Both the position numbers and the translations under genes were made by a program. 64,000 bases of DNA, from sequence record OR992645.1; one strand, 5' to 3'. Numbering within the stretch: position 1 is the stretch's first letter; every line of letters starts with the position of its first letter. Shown here in pieces: positions 37,988 through 47,888 of the stretch. The notes below the pieces were generated by a model. It saw only the letters and a list, made by a program, of their open reading frames with translations. It made no database searches and was not told where the DNA came from. This DNA comes from Escherichia phage EI-SP-GF.

Positions 37988-38254
37988 ATGAAATTAACTC
38001 AGTTTTTATGGGGGTTGGTTGCGGCATCGGATGACCCTACGAAAGTGTCCCAATCTAAGCTATGGTCAAACATAGGCATGGCAGTGATGACTGGGGTGTT
38101 TATTCATATGGGGTACAATGATACGCTTCCTGAATGGTATGCGTGGATATACGCACCTTCAGTAGCCTGCCCCCAGCTTATTAGCAAATTCATCTCGCTC
38201 CGGTGGGGTTGCCAGCACCCTGACCACGTTAAAAACGAAGAGCAAAAAGCTTAA
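37988..38254 (+). CDS. small hydrophobic membrane protein (possible holin-like)
   Basis: 88 aa with at least two hydrophobic segments (FLWGLVAAS; NIGMAVMTGVFIHMGY; WYAWIYAPSVA). Confidence 0.4.
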   Translation: MKLTQFLWGLVAASDDPTKVSQSKLWSNIGMAVMTGVFIHMGYNDTLPEWYAWIYAPSVACPQLISKFISLRWGCQHPDHVKNEEQKA

Positions 38255-38263
38255 GGAGAAATC

Positions 38264-40009
38264 ATGGCGCAAGACATGACAAGCTTCGAGCAGGCGGTAG
38301 ATCAAGTAATTGTTGATTCTGAACGTTTGCACTTGGTTGTCAACGGTAACGCTGTGGATGAAGTTGTCGTAGAGGATGGGACCACTATCCCTACGGTACG
38401 AAAAGCCATGCTTGACAACCTTTATTTTAAAACGCCACCGATCCCTTGGGCGTATGGTGCATCCACAACAGTTTTTAACCAGCTGTATGAGTTTAAAGGA
38501 GATACAGGCCCTCAGTGGTGGTACGCTCCAGCAGCGTCAAAATCTAACCCGGTTAGGATGCCAGCAGATCCTTCACAATCTCCGAACTGGAGATTATACA
38601 CCGACTCTGCAGTAATGGCAAAATACTACGCAAAACTTAACAGCCCAAGGTTCGAAGGTGACCCGAGAGTACCTACACCTCCAATGGATGATAAGTCCGA
38701 GTCTATAGCAAACACAGAGTTTGTTGTTGACTATGTGGATAGCATATTTAAAGCCATGGAGGGGATGAAAGTTACTGTAGGATCTTTGGTGGTAAAAGGT
38801 CTTACAGAACTTGCTAACACTATAGTTGGGGGTACCCTTACCTTACACGGACCTGTTAATGGAGCAGATTCTACTGCACGCTTCAGGAACCTAATCCTTA
38901 CGGCAAATACTTCTACACTGACTTTTGCGTGGAGCGATCCTAAGCATGCAGACTGGAGAAGCACAGAGCTGCAACCTCATGAAGTATCAACTCACAGAGT
39001 TATAGCTGACACTATAACTTCTGGGAAACCAGTGGCTAATAACAACGATGTGCATTTTGATGGTCTAGGTAATAACTTTTTTGACTACGTGTACATTCGC
39101 GGTAATGCCATGAAGGCAGCCACCGAACCGACATTGCAGGTTGATGGGACCACCAGGGTTAAGAACCTTGAGGTGACAGGCACCGTTACAGGGATAACCT
39201 ACTCTGTAGATGGCACCATGATCTACCCTAGCTATATTGAAAGCACGGGAGATGCACTGATCAATGGAGATTTAGAGGTTGGCGGATCTATAGTCATTCG
39301 TGGCACAGCATCTGTCCAGAACATATCTTTAAATACTCTGAGGGTGAATGAGCGTGCCACTTTTGAAGGAGAAGGGCTTACAGCCAACAAAGGTGTAATT
39401 ACCGAGCTGACAACCACCACTTTAACTGCAACAACTGCAAACTCTGAAAACTGCAACGTTACCAGAAACTTGCAGGTAAATGGAGATGTTAGTTTAAACG
39501 CAGCAGGGACTGGCACCACCTACCTTCACAACCTTGAAATATCAGGTACAGTGACTGGGTGGCTGCCAGACTTCTCTAATGTCAACTTTGTCTGTAATGG
39601 CATTAACTCCAGTGGCAAGATAACCACCTCTCAAGAAATTGAAGCTGGTAAAACTATTACTGCCCCTGCTTTCCATGCAGGGAAGGTGGAGTTTGACTTA
39701 GAGGAGGCTGACGCATCTAGTGGGACATGGACACCTAACGGGCAGGCCAATATGTATGTTGTCCACGCGAAAGGGGACTTTACAATAGGGCAATGGCCTG
39801 GAACATCGGCTGAAGATAAACCTTACCCGTTCACTGCAATCATCTATGTCATTCAGGATGCTGTAGGCCACAACGTGACTTTACACGATAAATATGCCAT
39901 ACTGTCGGCTACTCCTGTTATTAACAACAAAGCCAACAGTGTCACCTTGCTACAATTGACATATTGTGGTGTTGGTGATATTGTGGATGTGGTTATTGCA
40001 CAACGTTAA
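38264..40009 (+). CDS. tail fibre protein with beta-helix-like repeats
   Basis: 581 aa; N-terminus MAQDMTSFEQAVDQVIVDSERLHLVVNG typical of fibre N-termini; repetitive T/G/N-rich beta-strand segments. Confidence 0.6.
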   Translation: MAQDMTSFEQAVDQVIVDSERLHLVVNGNAVDEVVVEDGTTIPTVRKAMLDNLYFKTPPIPWAYGASTTVFNQLYEFKGDTGPQWWYAPAASKSNPVRMPADPSQSPNWRLYTDSAVMAKYYAKLNSPRFEGDPRVPTPPMDDKSESIANTEFVVDYVDSIFKAMEGMKVTVGSLVVKGLTELANTIVGGTLTLHGPVNGADSTARFRNLILTANTSTLTFAWSDPKHADWRSTELQPHEVSTHRVIADTITSGKPVANNNDVHFDGLGNNFFDYVYIRGNAMKAATEPTLQVDGTTRVKNLEVTGTVTGITYSVDGTMIYPSYIESTGDALINGDLEVGGSIVIRGTASVQNISLNTLRVNERATFEGEGLTANKGVITELTTTTLTATTANSENCNVTRNLQVNGDVSLNAAGTGTTYLHNLEISGTVTGWLPDFSNVNFVCNGINSSGKITTSQEIEAGKTITAPAFHAGKVEFDLEEADASSGTWTPNGQANMYVVHAKGDFTIGQWPGTSAEDKPYPFTAIIYVIQDAVGHNVTLHDKYAILSATPVINNKANSVTLLQLTYCGVGDIVDVVIAQR

Positions 40010-40018
40010 TATATCTGA

Positions 40019-40043
40019 CCGCTCCTGACGGGGCGGTTTTCTT
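40019..40043 (+). terminator. rho-independent terminator
   Basis: ccgctcc-tgac-ggggcgg followed by ttttctt. Confidence 0.65.
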
Positions 40044-40057
40044 ATCTGGAGAACACA

Positions 40058-40834
40058 ATGCTTCCAATCCCTTTGCTAAAACTTGGTCGTCATTTCCTCG
40101 ATAAGAGGGGTGGAGTTAAGGAACTTGCTGTTCTGTCATACCCAATAGACAACAGTGACGGTACAAGCACTACAGTAGCCTATGTAAATAGCTTAGCTAT
40201 ACTTTTTGACGATGGTCAGCTTAATATTACTGGCTATAACAAGTTCGGGGAGTGTCGCACTGGGGATCGTAACCCTATAAACTACCCGAGCGAGACGGCC
40301 TGGAATGTTGATCATGTGTGGAGAGCAGACCGTGCGTTTGTGATCCGGACTTTTGATAACCAGTTTTTCTACATCGGCTGCACTGCAGGTCTTATCGGAT
40401 CCACTGCGGCAGGTGGTAACGATGTTTGCGTAAACGAGTGGACACCTCTTCCGGAACAGATTGTTAAAGGATTGCACCTTGACACCCACCCAGAGCGCCT
40501 TATTGAGGTAATGGGAGGTATTAACAACACTGTCTGGGTTATTGCAGAGGCAGAAGGTACTGGCATACTGAACCTGTATGGGTCTGGTAACAACACCTAC
40601 GGATCTTTACATGTAGATAAAAACCAGCATGCAACTCCTGTAAAGATTGGTGAAACATCAGAAAATCCTGAAACAGGCCCTTGGAAAAACCCAAGTATCA
40701 ACTGCGAGGTGCATGACAACTCTGTTATTTTCGGTGGGCCTAGAGGTTTTTGGATTGCTGGATACGACTTTCTGAGAAACAACAGTAGAAACGACCTTGT
40801 TTGGCCCCTGCTCAGATTACTCGCAACGATTTGA
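40058..40834 (+). CDS. RCC1-like beta-propeller repeat protein (possible N-terminal part of the following giant protein)
   Basis: 258 aa with GxNxxGxLG-like repeats (YGSGNNTYGSLHVD); ORF ends inside the start region of the 1626-aa ORF in another frame. Confidence 0.5.
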   Translation: MLPIPLLKLGRHFLDKRGGVKELAVLSYPIDNSDGTSTTVAYVNSLAILFDDGQLNITGYNKFGECRTGDRNPINYPSETAWNVDHVWRADRAFVIRTFDNQFFYIGCTAGLIGSTAAGGNDVCVNEWTPLPEQIVKGLHLDTHPERLIEVMGGINNTVWVIAEAEGTGILNLYGSGNNTYGSLHVDKNQHATPVKIGETSENPETGPWKNPSINCEVHDNSVIFGGPRGFWIAGYDFLRNNSRNDLVWPLLRLLATI

Positions 40835-40869
40835 AAGGCATTCCTGCAGATGAGGAGTGGAAAGGATTC

Positions 40870-43800
40870 ATGTGTGGTCCGAACGGGGCGATAATTGCAA
40901 CGCAGAGGATGCACAAGCCTAATGATCAGCAACTTGTTAACGTATTCTACGGGCAAGATGTCTGGGGAGATGATACATGGCGTTCCTTAAATATTACCTA
41001 CACCCATGAAGTAATAATGGCTCGTGGGTACGGAACAAGTGGCATTTTCTTCAATAATGGTACTAAGCAGTATCGCGGATTCTCTCGCAACCTGTGCAAC
41101 GATATTGGAGCACAATCTGCAAACAATAATCCTCGCGCCAATTTTATCCATTATCAAGCTCTTGCTACAGCCAAGTATGTTGAGCAACGACTGCCAGTTA
41201 GCTGGACAGAGAGTGTTTACTTCCAGGGTATTCATAGAGAAGGTTTTTTAGGGACCTTTACCGTTGTTAATGGCAAACTTTGGTGGTCAGGCATCCCAAG
41301 GGGAAGTTTTGCAGGATCTAATAACCTGTTTGGCGGCAGACTTAACAGCCAGGGGTTCACAGAGGTTCCTGAGAATTGGTATAAAAATGTCCCAGTAGAT
41401 AGTTGGGATATTGATGATATTTTTGACGTTAACGGTGTTAGCAGTGTTAGCAATATTTACATCGGTGACACGGTCAAGATGAAATTGAAGCCTCAACCAG
41501 AGGGGGCCACGTTCATTATTGACAAGATTGAACTGGTAAATGCTGCAGGCACGGTTGTTACAGATGCAAATTACCAATTCTCCACCAACTGGAACCACGG
41601 CGGGGCCAACGAGGTTGTTGTTACTCAGTATAACAGAAATGTTAACAGACGCGGTCTGTACTCTGTAAAAATAACCTATCATGACAAGCATGGCACGGGC
41701 AGAACTCACACAACAAGGACTTTGAACTGGAACACTATAGTTCCTGCGTATCCGTCTGATGGTAAATGGCACACTGTAGGCAGAAACAAACAGTTCCATG
41801 TTAACGATACTGTGTACTTTGGGCTTAACGCTGCTCAGCCAGCTCCAGAAAGCGATACAGCGTATATGGTTCGGCTGCACAGGCAAGATGCTGGGTCTGT
41901 TACCTACGATGTGACCCAAGAGATCTACAATCAGAGACGCTCCACGTATGACAATATTGTGAAAACACAAGCCTTGTGGGAGTTCAACCCTAACGGCAAA
42001 GGTGGTAAAATGTTGCAGGTTAACGAGCAAAACGGAACATCGTTAACTGTCCACGAACACCCAGACCCTTGGCCTGACCCTGGTAAACCTAACTCAGGTG
42101 CTCGCACACTGCAAGTTGTCAGTCATGATGTAGGCTATTTTGGGATACGTTGGGAGGCCACAGTAAAATATGCCGATGGGACAACAAACAACATAGGGAT
42201 TACGCTTGGTGGCACTAGTGAGAGTAACTCGCTGAAAATTGCCTACACTCCTAGAGGTATCTCTATTGACAACATGGATATAGTCCGTAACGGTTACGGA
42301 GATGTAAACATCAAAGTTACTCTTGGTGAGCATCTTGGCGGAGAAAGGATCATTATGTATGCCTTTGATCATGACCCTCGAACCAACGGAACTTATGCAA
42401 ATCAGGCCTGGAGTTACCTGATAAGTGCACCTGAGCCGAATACTAAAGAATTCTACTACGGTATGAAGCGAGATGTGTGCAAGAAAACAGGAACACACGA
42501 CTGGATTGCTATCTGTGTTAAAGATGAGAGAACAGCTTGGGATGAGCCTGTTAACCGCTGGTTCATAGGTATTCCCACCAGAAGTGATAAATACGTTGAA
42601 GAATATATTGTATGTATGGGCGGCACCAACCTCAACATGTGTTGGAACGAGGACGCAAACAAATATTCTGATTATGACTATATGAGGGACTACTCTTGTA
42701 ATCAATGGTTCAACCAATCCGGGTATGCTAATAGACAGTCAAGGGTAAACCCTGCAATCTTCACAGATACGCAGGTTTTCTTGACAAAACAGGCCAACGA
42801 GGTTCAGACCTTCAAGAACAACTATGATCCTAACAAGTGGTTCTACAACTGTTCCGGAGCAATATTCTGGGGGCCTGGTGAACTGCCTGATAGTGGTTCT
42901 TGCTTCGAGGCTGCAACCTATGGCAGTGACTATATTATGGGGCAGGTCAAGAAGTACAAGATGATTCCAGGACCTGAAACTTTAGGTAATGCTGTTGACC
43001 CGTACATAAATTTCGCAGCTATACATGCTAATATGGATGGAGAGAGATATCCGTTTGTTGTTCCGTTAACTTGGGGGTACAAACGTGTCGTGATGATTAT
43101 TAAATGCGATCTGATCGGGAAGCAAGTTCTTGCAGAAAATGGAACATCCACACACCCTTTTGAAGTTGCTCTGCACTACCAGTTTGCAGACTCACCATAT
43201 GCAGGGGATAAAAGAATATCCGACACAGACTCTAAGCGCTGTAAGAAAGTTTTACTTGGAGCCGGGTGGTGGTGGTACGAGTTTGATTTGACAGATAAGT
43301 TCACAGATGATACCAAAACTCTCACAGGTATCCGTCTGGACCTTGGTGAGAACATGCATAAAAGTGTTTGTGATGGTACCTACGGTGACCCTACGGTATA
43401 TCTAAAGTATGTTTCTCTTGAGCATCGCGAAGAGGATGTTTACGGTCCAAAACTGAGATTGTTTGGCGCATGGATTGCCAAAGACAGAGTAGGTATGGGT
43501 AAGAAGGTGAGAGGCTTCTTGATAGATGTAGGGACAGAGGACATGCTGGTTAATGCAGTATGGCCTGAATTACCCGGAACTCAGTGGAACAACTCTGCCA
43601 AATCTATAAACTGGTACAATATTCACAGAGCTATGTGGACCACTAACTGCTACTTGTGGAGAGAGCTTAACGATCAGGCCTTTGGCTTTAGTAACGGCAG
43701 AAGGATGGCGATCATTTGCTGGACAACATTGCAAAGATGTTATGACCATGACTATGAGATTGGTGGTAGGGCATGGAAAGATATCAGGGACAGAGTTATA

Positions 43801-45681
43801 TACAATTTTGCAGACGATAATGGTGGCGGGGCATATAACTTTGGCACAAGCCGACTTATCCATTTGAACGGATCCTCAGCCTACAAGAAAGAGGGTTACT
43901 CTGGGTCTATGATTGAGTGGGGTCTGGTGAAAGATGCTCGCGTATTGATGGGTCAACAACTTGCTGCTGCAATAGGACCTAGCGCAGTGCAGTCGGTTAA
44001 ACCAGCGTGGTTCGATATCCCAATATGGTCATCTGGAACACCAGGAACTGCGGCAATTAACCCTACCACCGGAGATTTGGAAATCTCTTGGGAGGACTTA
44101 AAGCAGGTCGGTGGCTGGGATAAGACTGGGTACCAGGTGCAATGGTGGAGATCTGACGGATCGTTAGCGGCTGATGAGTTTGTTAAGGACAATTTCTACA
44201 CCATGTCCTCTGCAAAAGCACAACAATTGTTTGGTCAGGCCACCCCGTCAACGATCACTATGTCCATGTGCTGTAAAGACAACAGGACGGGAGCTCTGGG
44301 ACCAAGGGTTGCTAAAGTTTTCTCAGGTATTAAATGGAATCTCCCTGTTCAAAGTGTTTCATGGAAGCAAATAGGTGATAACAAGCTGCTGGTTACTCCT
44401 GCCTGTCAGTTCAACGCAACTCTTAACGTTGATCCTGCTGTTGCGGCAAACTCAGCTAAAGCTTCTGACTTCTCTGTGTCTAACACTGCTATGGCAGATG
44501 TGAGGAAGATTGACACACTGAACGCCAGAATTACCTGTAAAAACACTTATGGCACATTCCAGATCATCAACAACTTCACAGATGCTGATTCTAAGGTAGT
44601 AAGGACAGCAAGCCAGACTATGCAGTTGGGCACTCTGGCATACTCTGCCCTGATCACTGAACAATCTCCTACTCTTCAGGGTGGGGGTGTTGGTAAGTTG
44701 ATCACAACACCTGTGTGGAAGCCAAATGAGTGGGTTGTGTTTGATTTGACTGTAGACTTCTCCAGTGACAATAACTGGACATGGGTAAGGAATTGCTTGC
44801 CACAGTTGATGGGCGGTCCAAATTCCGTTAGTGATAGCCACGACTCTACCGATCCGAGCGTGTTCCAGGTGGGGAAAACTCACCCAGAGACTGGGGAAAC
44901 GTTGCCTGACAGGAAGTATGCTTTAGTTTGCATCTCCAACGGCAAGGCAGATATAACCTTCTCGGGGATACACTCGTATAACGGCACTTACAACTTCTCT
45001 AAAAAGTACAGCCTCAAGGCAGGTAACATTATAGACGAAGTTGGTCCGTTATATAACCCAGGTAACGGTATTGGGATTGTAACTGGTATTCTTCCTATGC
45101 AGGAGCCTTCTATAACCCCAGCCAACGTGCCTGGTATCAGAAAAACTTGGGAAAGTAGCAATACCAATATTGCAACAGTGGATGCTACCACAGGACTGGT
45201 AACATTTAAGGCTACCGGGAATGTCACCATAAGGTTTGTAGTTACAGATGATGCAGGCCGCAAAACGTCTTCAACATCGTTTACTGTCAAACAGATGGCA
45301 CCTCAGTGGTTTATTTGGGAAGGAAATCCTCTTGACGGGGCTTACCCTAGACCTGCAGGAACGTCTAATATGAGGGTCTTTACCGGTCCAGTCATGGACA
45401 ATCCAACCACAACCACCAACCCTGCATTTTTTGGTGCTTACATACCTGAAATTATTGGCCTACCAAGGAACCAAATACAATTGCTTTTCGGGGCAGGCGT
45501 TGATGGTCTAGCCACTTTCGGGTACAGTGACAACATTGATGCAGCCAGAAGCTCGGGTTGGATTGGATTTAAGTTCCAGTGGAACCCTGGTGGTAGAACA
45601 TTAGGTCTTGCAAGTGTAGGTGTTATGCTGCCTGGCAACCAGCAATACCATCTCGAAGCTTATACAAACTTCCCTAGTTAA
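40870..45681 (+). CDS. giant virion-associated protein with propeller-like repeats and C-terminal Ig-like (BIG2-like) domain
   Basis: frame open from 40789; track start is TTG 40801 without RBS, first ATG 40870; BIG2-like segment NVPGIRKTWESSNTNIATVDATTGLVTFKATGNVTIRFVVTDDAGRKT near C-terminus. Confidence 0.6.
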   Translation: MCGPNGAIIATQRMHKPNDQQLVNVFYGQDVWGDDTWRSLNITYTHEVIMARGYGTSGIFFNNGTKQYRGFSRNLCNDIGAQSANNNPRANFIHYQALATAKYVEQRLPVSWTESVYFQGIHREGFLGTFTVVNGKLWWSGIPRGSFAGSNNLFGGRLNSQGFTEVPENWYKNVPVDSWDIDDIFDVNGVSSVSNIYIGDTVKMKLKPQPEGATFIIDKIELVNAAGTVVTDANYQFSTNWNHGGANEVVVTQYNRNVNRRGLYSVKITYHDKHGTGRTHTTRTLNWNTIVPAYPSDGKWHTVGRNKQFHVNDTVYFGLNAAQPAPESDTAYMVRLHRQDAGSVTYDVTQEIYNQRRSTYDNIVKTQALWEFNPNGKGGKMLQVNEQNGTSLTVHEHPDPWPDPGKPNSGARTLQVVSHDVGYFGIRWEATVKYADGTTNNIGITLGGTSESNSLKIAYTPRGISIDNMDIVRNGYGDVNIKVTLGEHLGGERIIMYAFDHDPRTNGTYANQAWSYLISAPEPNTKEFYYGMKRDVCKKTGTHDWIAICVKDERTAWDEPVNRWFIGIPTRSDKYVEEYIVCMGGTNLNMCWNEDANKYSDYDYMRDYSCNQWFNQSGYANRQSRVNPAIFTDTQVFLTKQANEVQTFKNNYDPNKWFYNCSGAIFWGPGELPDSGSCFEAATYGSDYIMGQVKKYKMIPGPETLGNAVDPYINFAAIHANMDGERYPFVVPLTWGYKRVVMIIKCDLIGKQVLAENGTSTHPFEVALHYQFADSPYAGDKRISDTDSKRCKKVLLGAGWWWYEFDLTDKFTDDTKTLTGIRLDLGENMHKSVCDGTYGDPTVYLKYVSLEHREEDVYGPKLRLFGAWIAKDRVGMGKKVRGFLIDVGTEDMLVNAVWPELPGTQWNNSAKSINWYNIHRAMWTTNCYLWRELNDQAFGFSNGRRMAIICWTTLQRCYDHDYEIGGRAWKDIRDRVIYNFADDNGGGAYNFGTSRLIHLNGSSAYKKEGYSGSMIEWGLVKDARVLMGQQLAAAIGPSAVQSVKPAWFDIPIWSSGTPGTAAINPTTGDLEISWEDLKQVGGWDKTGYQVQWWRSDGSLAADEFVKDNFYTMSSAKAQQLFGQATPSTITMSMCCKDNRTGALGPRVAKVFSGIKWNLPVQSVSWKQIGDNKLLVTPACQFNATLNVDPAVAANSAKASDFSVSNTAMADVRKIDTLNARITCKNTYGTFQIINNFTDADSKVVRTASQTMQLGTLAYSALITEQSPTLQGGGVGKLITTPVWKPNEWVVFDLTVDFSSDNNWTWVRNCLPQLMGGPNSVSDSHDSTDPSVFQVGKTHPETGETLPDRKYALVCISNGKADITFSGIHSYNGTYNFSKKYSLKAGNIIDEVGPLYNPGNGIGIVTGILPMQEPSITPANVPGIRKTWESSNTNIATVDATTGLVTFKATGNVTIRFVVTDDAGRKTSSTSFTVKQMAPQWFIWEGNPLDGAYPRPAGTSNMRVFTGPVMDNPTTTTNPAFFGAYIPEIIGLPRNQIQLLFGAGVDGLATFGYSDNIDAARSSGWIGFKFQWNPGGRTLGLASVGVMLPGNQQYHLEAYTNFPS

Positions 45682-45690
45682 CAGGAGACA

Positions 45691-45724
45691 AATAAAAAGG
45701 GGCCAAACGGCCCCTTTCTTTTTA
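45691..45724. terminator. bidirectional rho-independent terminator between convergent blocks
   Basis: A-tract aataaaaa, ggggcc-aaac-ggcccc hairpin, T-tract tttcttttta. Confidence 0.75.
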
Positions 45725-45727
45725 TAG

Positions 45728-45928
45728 TTAGTAATACTCCCAACATGCCCCATCTTCAGACGGCTTGACTCGCTTACCCTTGTGGTCCACATAAGTGTAA
45801 CCGCAACCTTCGCAGATAACAGGTGCCGCATAACCTTCCTTCCACTGATCTTCTGTGATCAGTCCTTCCAGATCTCTGCAGTCAAAACCAAACAACTCTT
45901 CAGAACAATTTTTGCAAAAATCAGCCAT
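45728..45928 (-). CDS. small zinc-ribbon protein
   Basis: 66 aa with CKNC ... CEGC pairs. Confidence 0.5.
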   Translation of the reverse strand: MADFCKNCSEELFGFDCRDLEGLITEDQWKEGYAAPVICEGCGYTYVDHKGKRVKPSEDGACWEYY

Positions 45929-45931
45929 TTC

Positions 45932-46339
45932 TCAGTCCTCGCATTTAACAAATTTTTCTACAGATCCACCAAGCACAGCTTGTTGTTTGATGGCACTTTC
46001 TTCATCATAGTGGATAGACTTATGTTCCGTACCTCCGAACTTACCTGTGTGGAAGGTGTGCACCCAAATCTCTTTGGGAAGGGATTTATTCTCTTCTTCC
46101 ACCAATTCCCACATACCCCACAAGTGATCTGTGATATCTTTGATGAAATATCCCTCGCCGAGGTTTGTATTCACACTATAGGCCGATTCGTGATCTCCGT
46201 GAATATAACGGAAGGCAGTATACTCTTTCCCTGGCGTGAAGTGGGTATCCATCAGTATAGCTGTTAGAGAATTAGGGTCTCGAAAGCCCAAGAACTTTAG
46301 TTTAACAATTTCGACGTTCACACTTGCAAGATTATCCAT
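45932..46339 (-). CDS. hypothetical His-rich protein
   Basis: ORF in track begins at TTG 46414; ATG 46339 (MDNLASV...) has GAGGAG RBS; contains HGDHE and HTFHTGKFGGTEH. Confidence 0.45.
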   Translation of the reverse strand: MDNLASVNVEIVKLKFLGFRDPNSLTAILMDTHFTPGKEYTAFRYIHGDHESAYSVNTNLGEGYFIKDITDHLWGMWELVEEENKSLPKEIWVHTFHTGKFGGTEHKSIHYDEESAIKQQAVLGGSVEKFVKCED

Positions 46340-46502
46340 GACAATCTCCTCTGCTTGGTTGATGAGATAATCATATATAAATCTGGTGTTGATGTCAAGC
46401 TTAATTTTAAGCAATTTGAGAGGGTATTTTATTTAGAGAGGTAATCACACAGAGGTAGGCAGTTTATGAAGGCACAGGCCTCGTTTGAGGCCTTAAAACA
46501 GA

Positions 46503-46883
46503 TTATGACGATTTGACGTAGCGCTCTGACAAAGCTGGGAAGCCAAAAGCAGCACCTACACTACCGTACGCTATCCACCATTGAAGTTCATCGTGACACC
46601 ATTTTCCGATCAGAAAGGTGCTGGGGTAGCGAGTCAGTATTTTGGCATAAGCTTTAGGGTCTGCATCCTCTGGGATAATGATGCTTGGAACATCTTTGTT
46701 ATGACCACAGCAGCAGTTTAGAGTTTTCAATCCTGCCGCCCATAGACTCATGATAGGTTTAGCCATGCACTTATCAAGGCACACACGTTTTTTGCCGTCA
46801 CGGAGCTTTTTAGGCACATCAACGATAACATTTGGATGCTTGGCACCTTTCACTTTCCAATTATAAGATTTACACTTGCACAT
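46503..46883 (-). CDS. Cys-rich putative zinc-binding protein
   Basis: 126 aa with CKCK, CLDKC and CCCGH clusters; GGAGA RBS. Confidence 0.5.
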   Translation of the reverse strand: MCKCKSYNWKVKGAKHPNVIVDVPKKLRDGKKRVCLDKCMAKPIMSLWAAGLKTLNCCCGHNKDVPSIIIPEDADPKAYAKILTRYPSTFLIGKWCHDELQWWIAYGSVGAAFGFPALSERYVKSS

Positions 46884-46913
46884 TTAGTCAGTCTCCATCT
46901 AGAAAGCCATACT

Positions 46914-47084
46914 TTACTTAAAGTCTTTGTCACCTATTACGATTGCACGAATCCACTCATTGTGATGCTCAATGGATGTAAGGTGTAACATAATGCAGTG
47001 ATTGTCATTACCGAACACGGCTCGATAAGCCTTAGCAGCACCATGATATAACTTCCACATCACGTAATGGTATCTTCGTTTCAT
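46914..47084 (-). CDS. small hypothetical protein (56 aa, below ORF-track cutoff)
   Basis: ATG at 47084 overlaps the TGA stop of the HAD gene (ATGA coupling); translated by hand. Confidence 0.3.
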   Translation of the reverse strand: MKRRYHYVMWKLYHGAAKAYRAVFGNDNHCIMLHLTSIEHHNEWIRAIVIGDKDFK

Positions 47085-47554
47085 GGTTCTTTCTCCGGTT
47101 CAGGATCTGGGTAATCTTCAATAATAAAGGGCCATCCGTTACGCTTAGCGTCAGACTTATACTCAATCTCCTTCATTGCAAACTCTAACTGATTCTTAGC
47201 CGGAATGCAAGCTGGAGAGTCATCAACCCAGATGTCTGGGTAGATATCAAACTGCGCCAGATAAGCGGCCTTCTGAACGCCTCCAGTATAAAACACTCCA
47301 ACATCGAGCTCCTTGCGCCAGTATTCGATGTCCACGTTGTCTTGAGTGATGAATCGGGAAGTCACAAGATAGACTGTCCACCCTTCCTTCTTCAGGTCCT
47401 TAATAAGGCGGGAGAAGATGAAAGGGCTCGCATTAAACGTTCCATCAAAGTCAATAGCAATGATGTGTGTGCCGTGACGAGTCTCATATGGATTACTCGT
47501 GGTGAGATTGCTGTAGTTAAAAGGTACTTCTTCTCCGCAGTAGCTGTAGTCCAT
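47081..47554 (-). CDS. HAD-superfamily phosphatase (nucleotidase-like)
   Basis: motif I IIAIDFDGTF (DxDGT), motif II VYLVTSR, motif IV DIWVDDSP; ATG 47554 preferred over GTG 47560. Confidence 0.65.
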   Translation of the reverse strand: MDYSYCGEEVPFNYSNLTTSNPYETRHGTHIIAIDFDGTFNASPFIFSRLIKDLKKEGWTVYLVTSRFITQDNVDIEYWRKELDVGVFYTGGVQKAAYLAQFDIYPDIWVDDSPACIPAKNQLEFAMKEIEYKSDAKRNGWPFIIEDYPDPEPEKEP

Positions 47555-47556
47555 AT

Positions 47557-47832
47557 TCACACCTTCTCGTTGATAAATTTACGGGCGGTTTGGTGAGTTG
47601 TTTCTGCTGTCTTCAGAATGATATTAATTTTATTGTCAAGATCATTCATCTCAGCAGTTAATTCAGGAATCTCTCCAGCATGCATGGTGAAATCATACAT
47701 AGACATACCCAGGATCTCATTGATGCGGCGGTTGCATTCTGCAGCACGCTGGTTCATTTTCCAAGCTAACACCAAAGCCTCCTGCGTAGCCTCCAGTGCA
47801 AAGTCTAATACGTCAGCTTCTTCTTTCGTCAT
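47557..47832 (-). CDS. hypothetical protein
   Basis: 91-aa ORF, tightly packed in leftward block. Confidence 0.45.
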   Translation of the reverse strand: MTKEEADVLDFALEATQEALVLAWKMNQRAAECNRRINEILGMSMYDFTMHAGEIPELTAEMNDLDNKINIILKTAETTHQTARKFINEKV

Positions 47833-47888
47833 CTCAGTCTCTCTTGTTGTATTGTTGATAGGTGTATGAATGCTTTATAACTCACCTT

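Noticed and set aside
41287-42717. Minus-strand ORFs of 247 and 207 aa inside the giant 1626-aa gene
   Set aside because: Antisense to a long uninterrupted ORF with no RBS context; treated as shadow ORFs.
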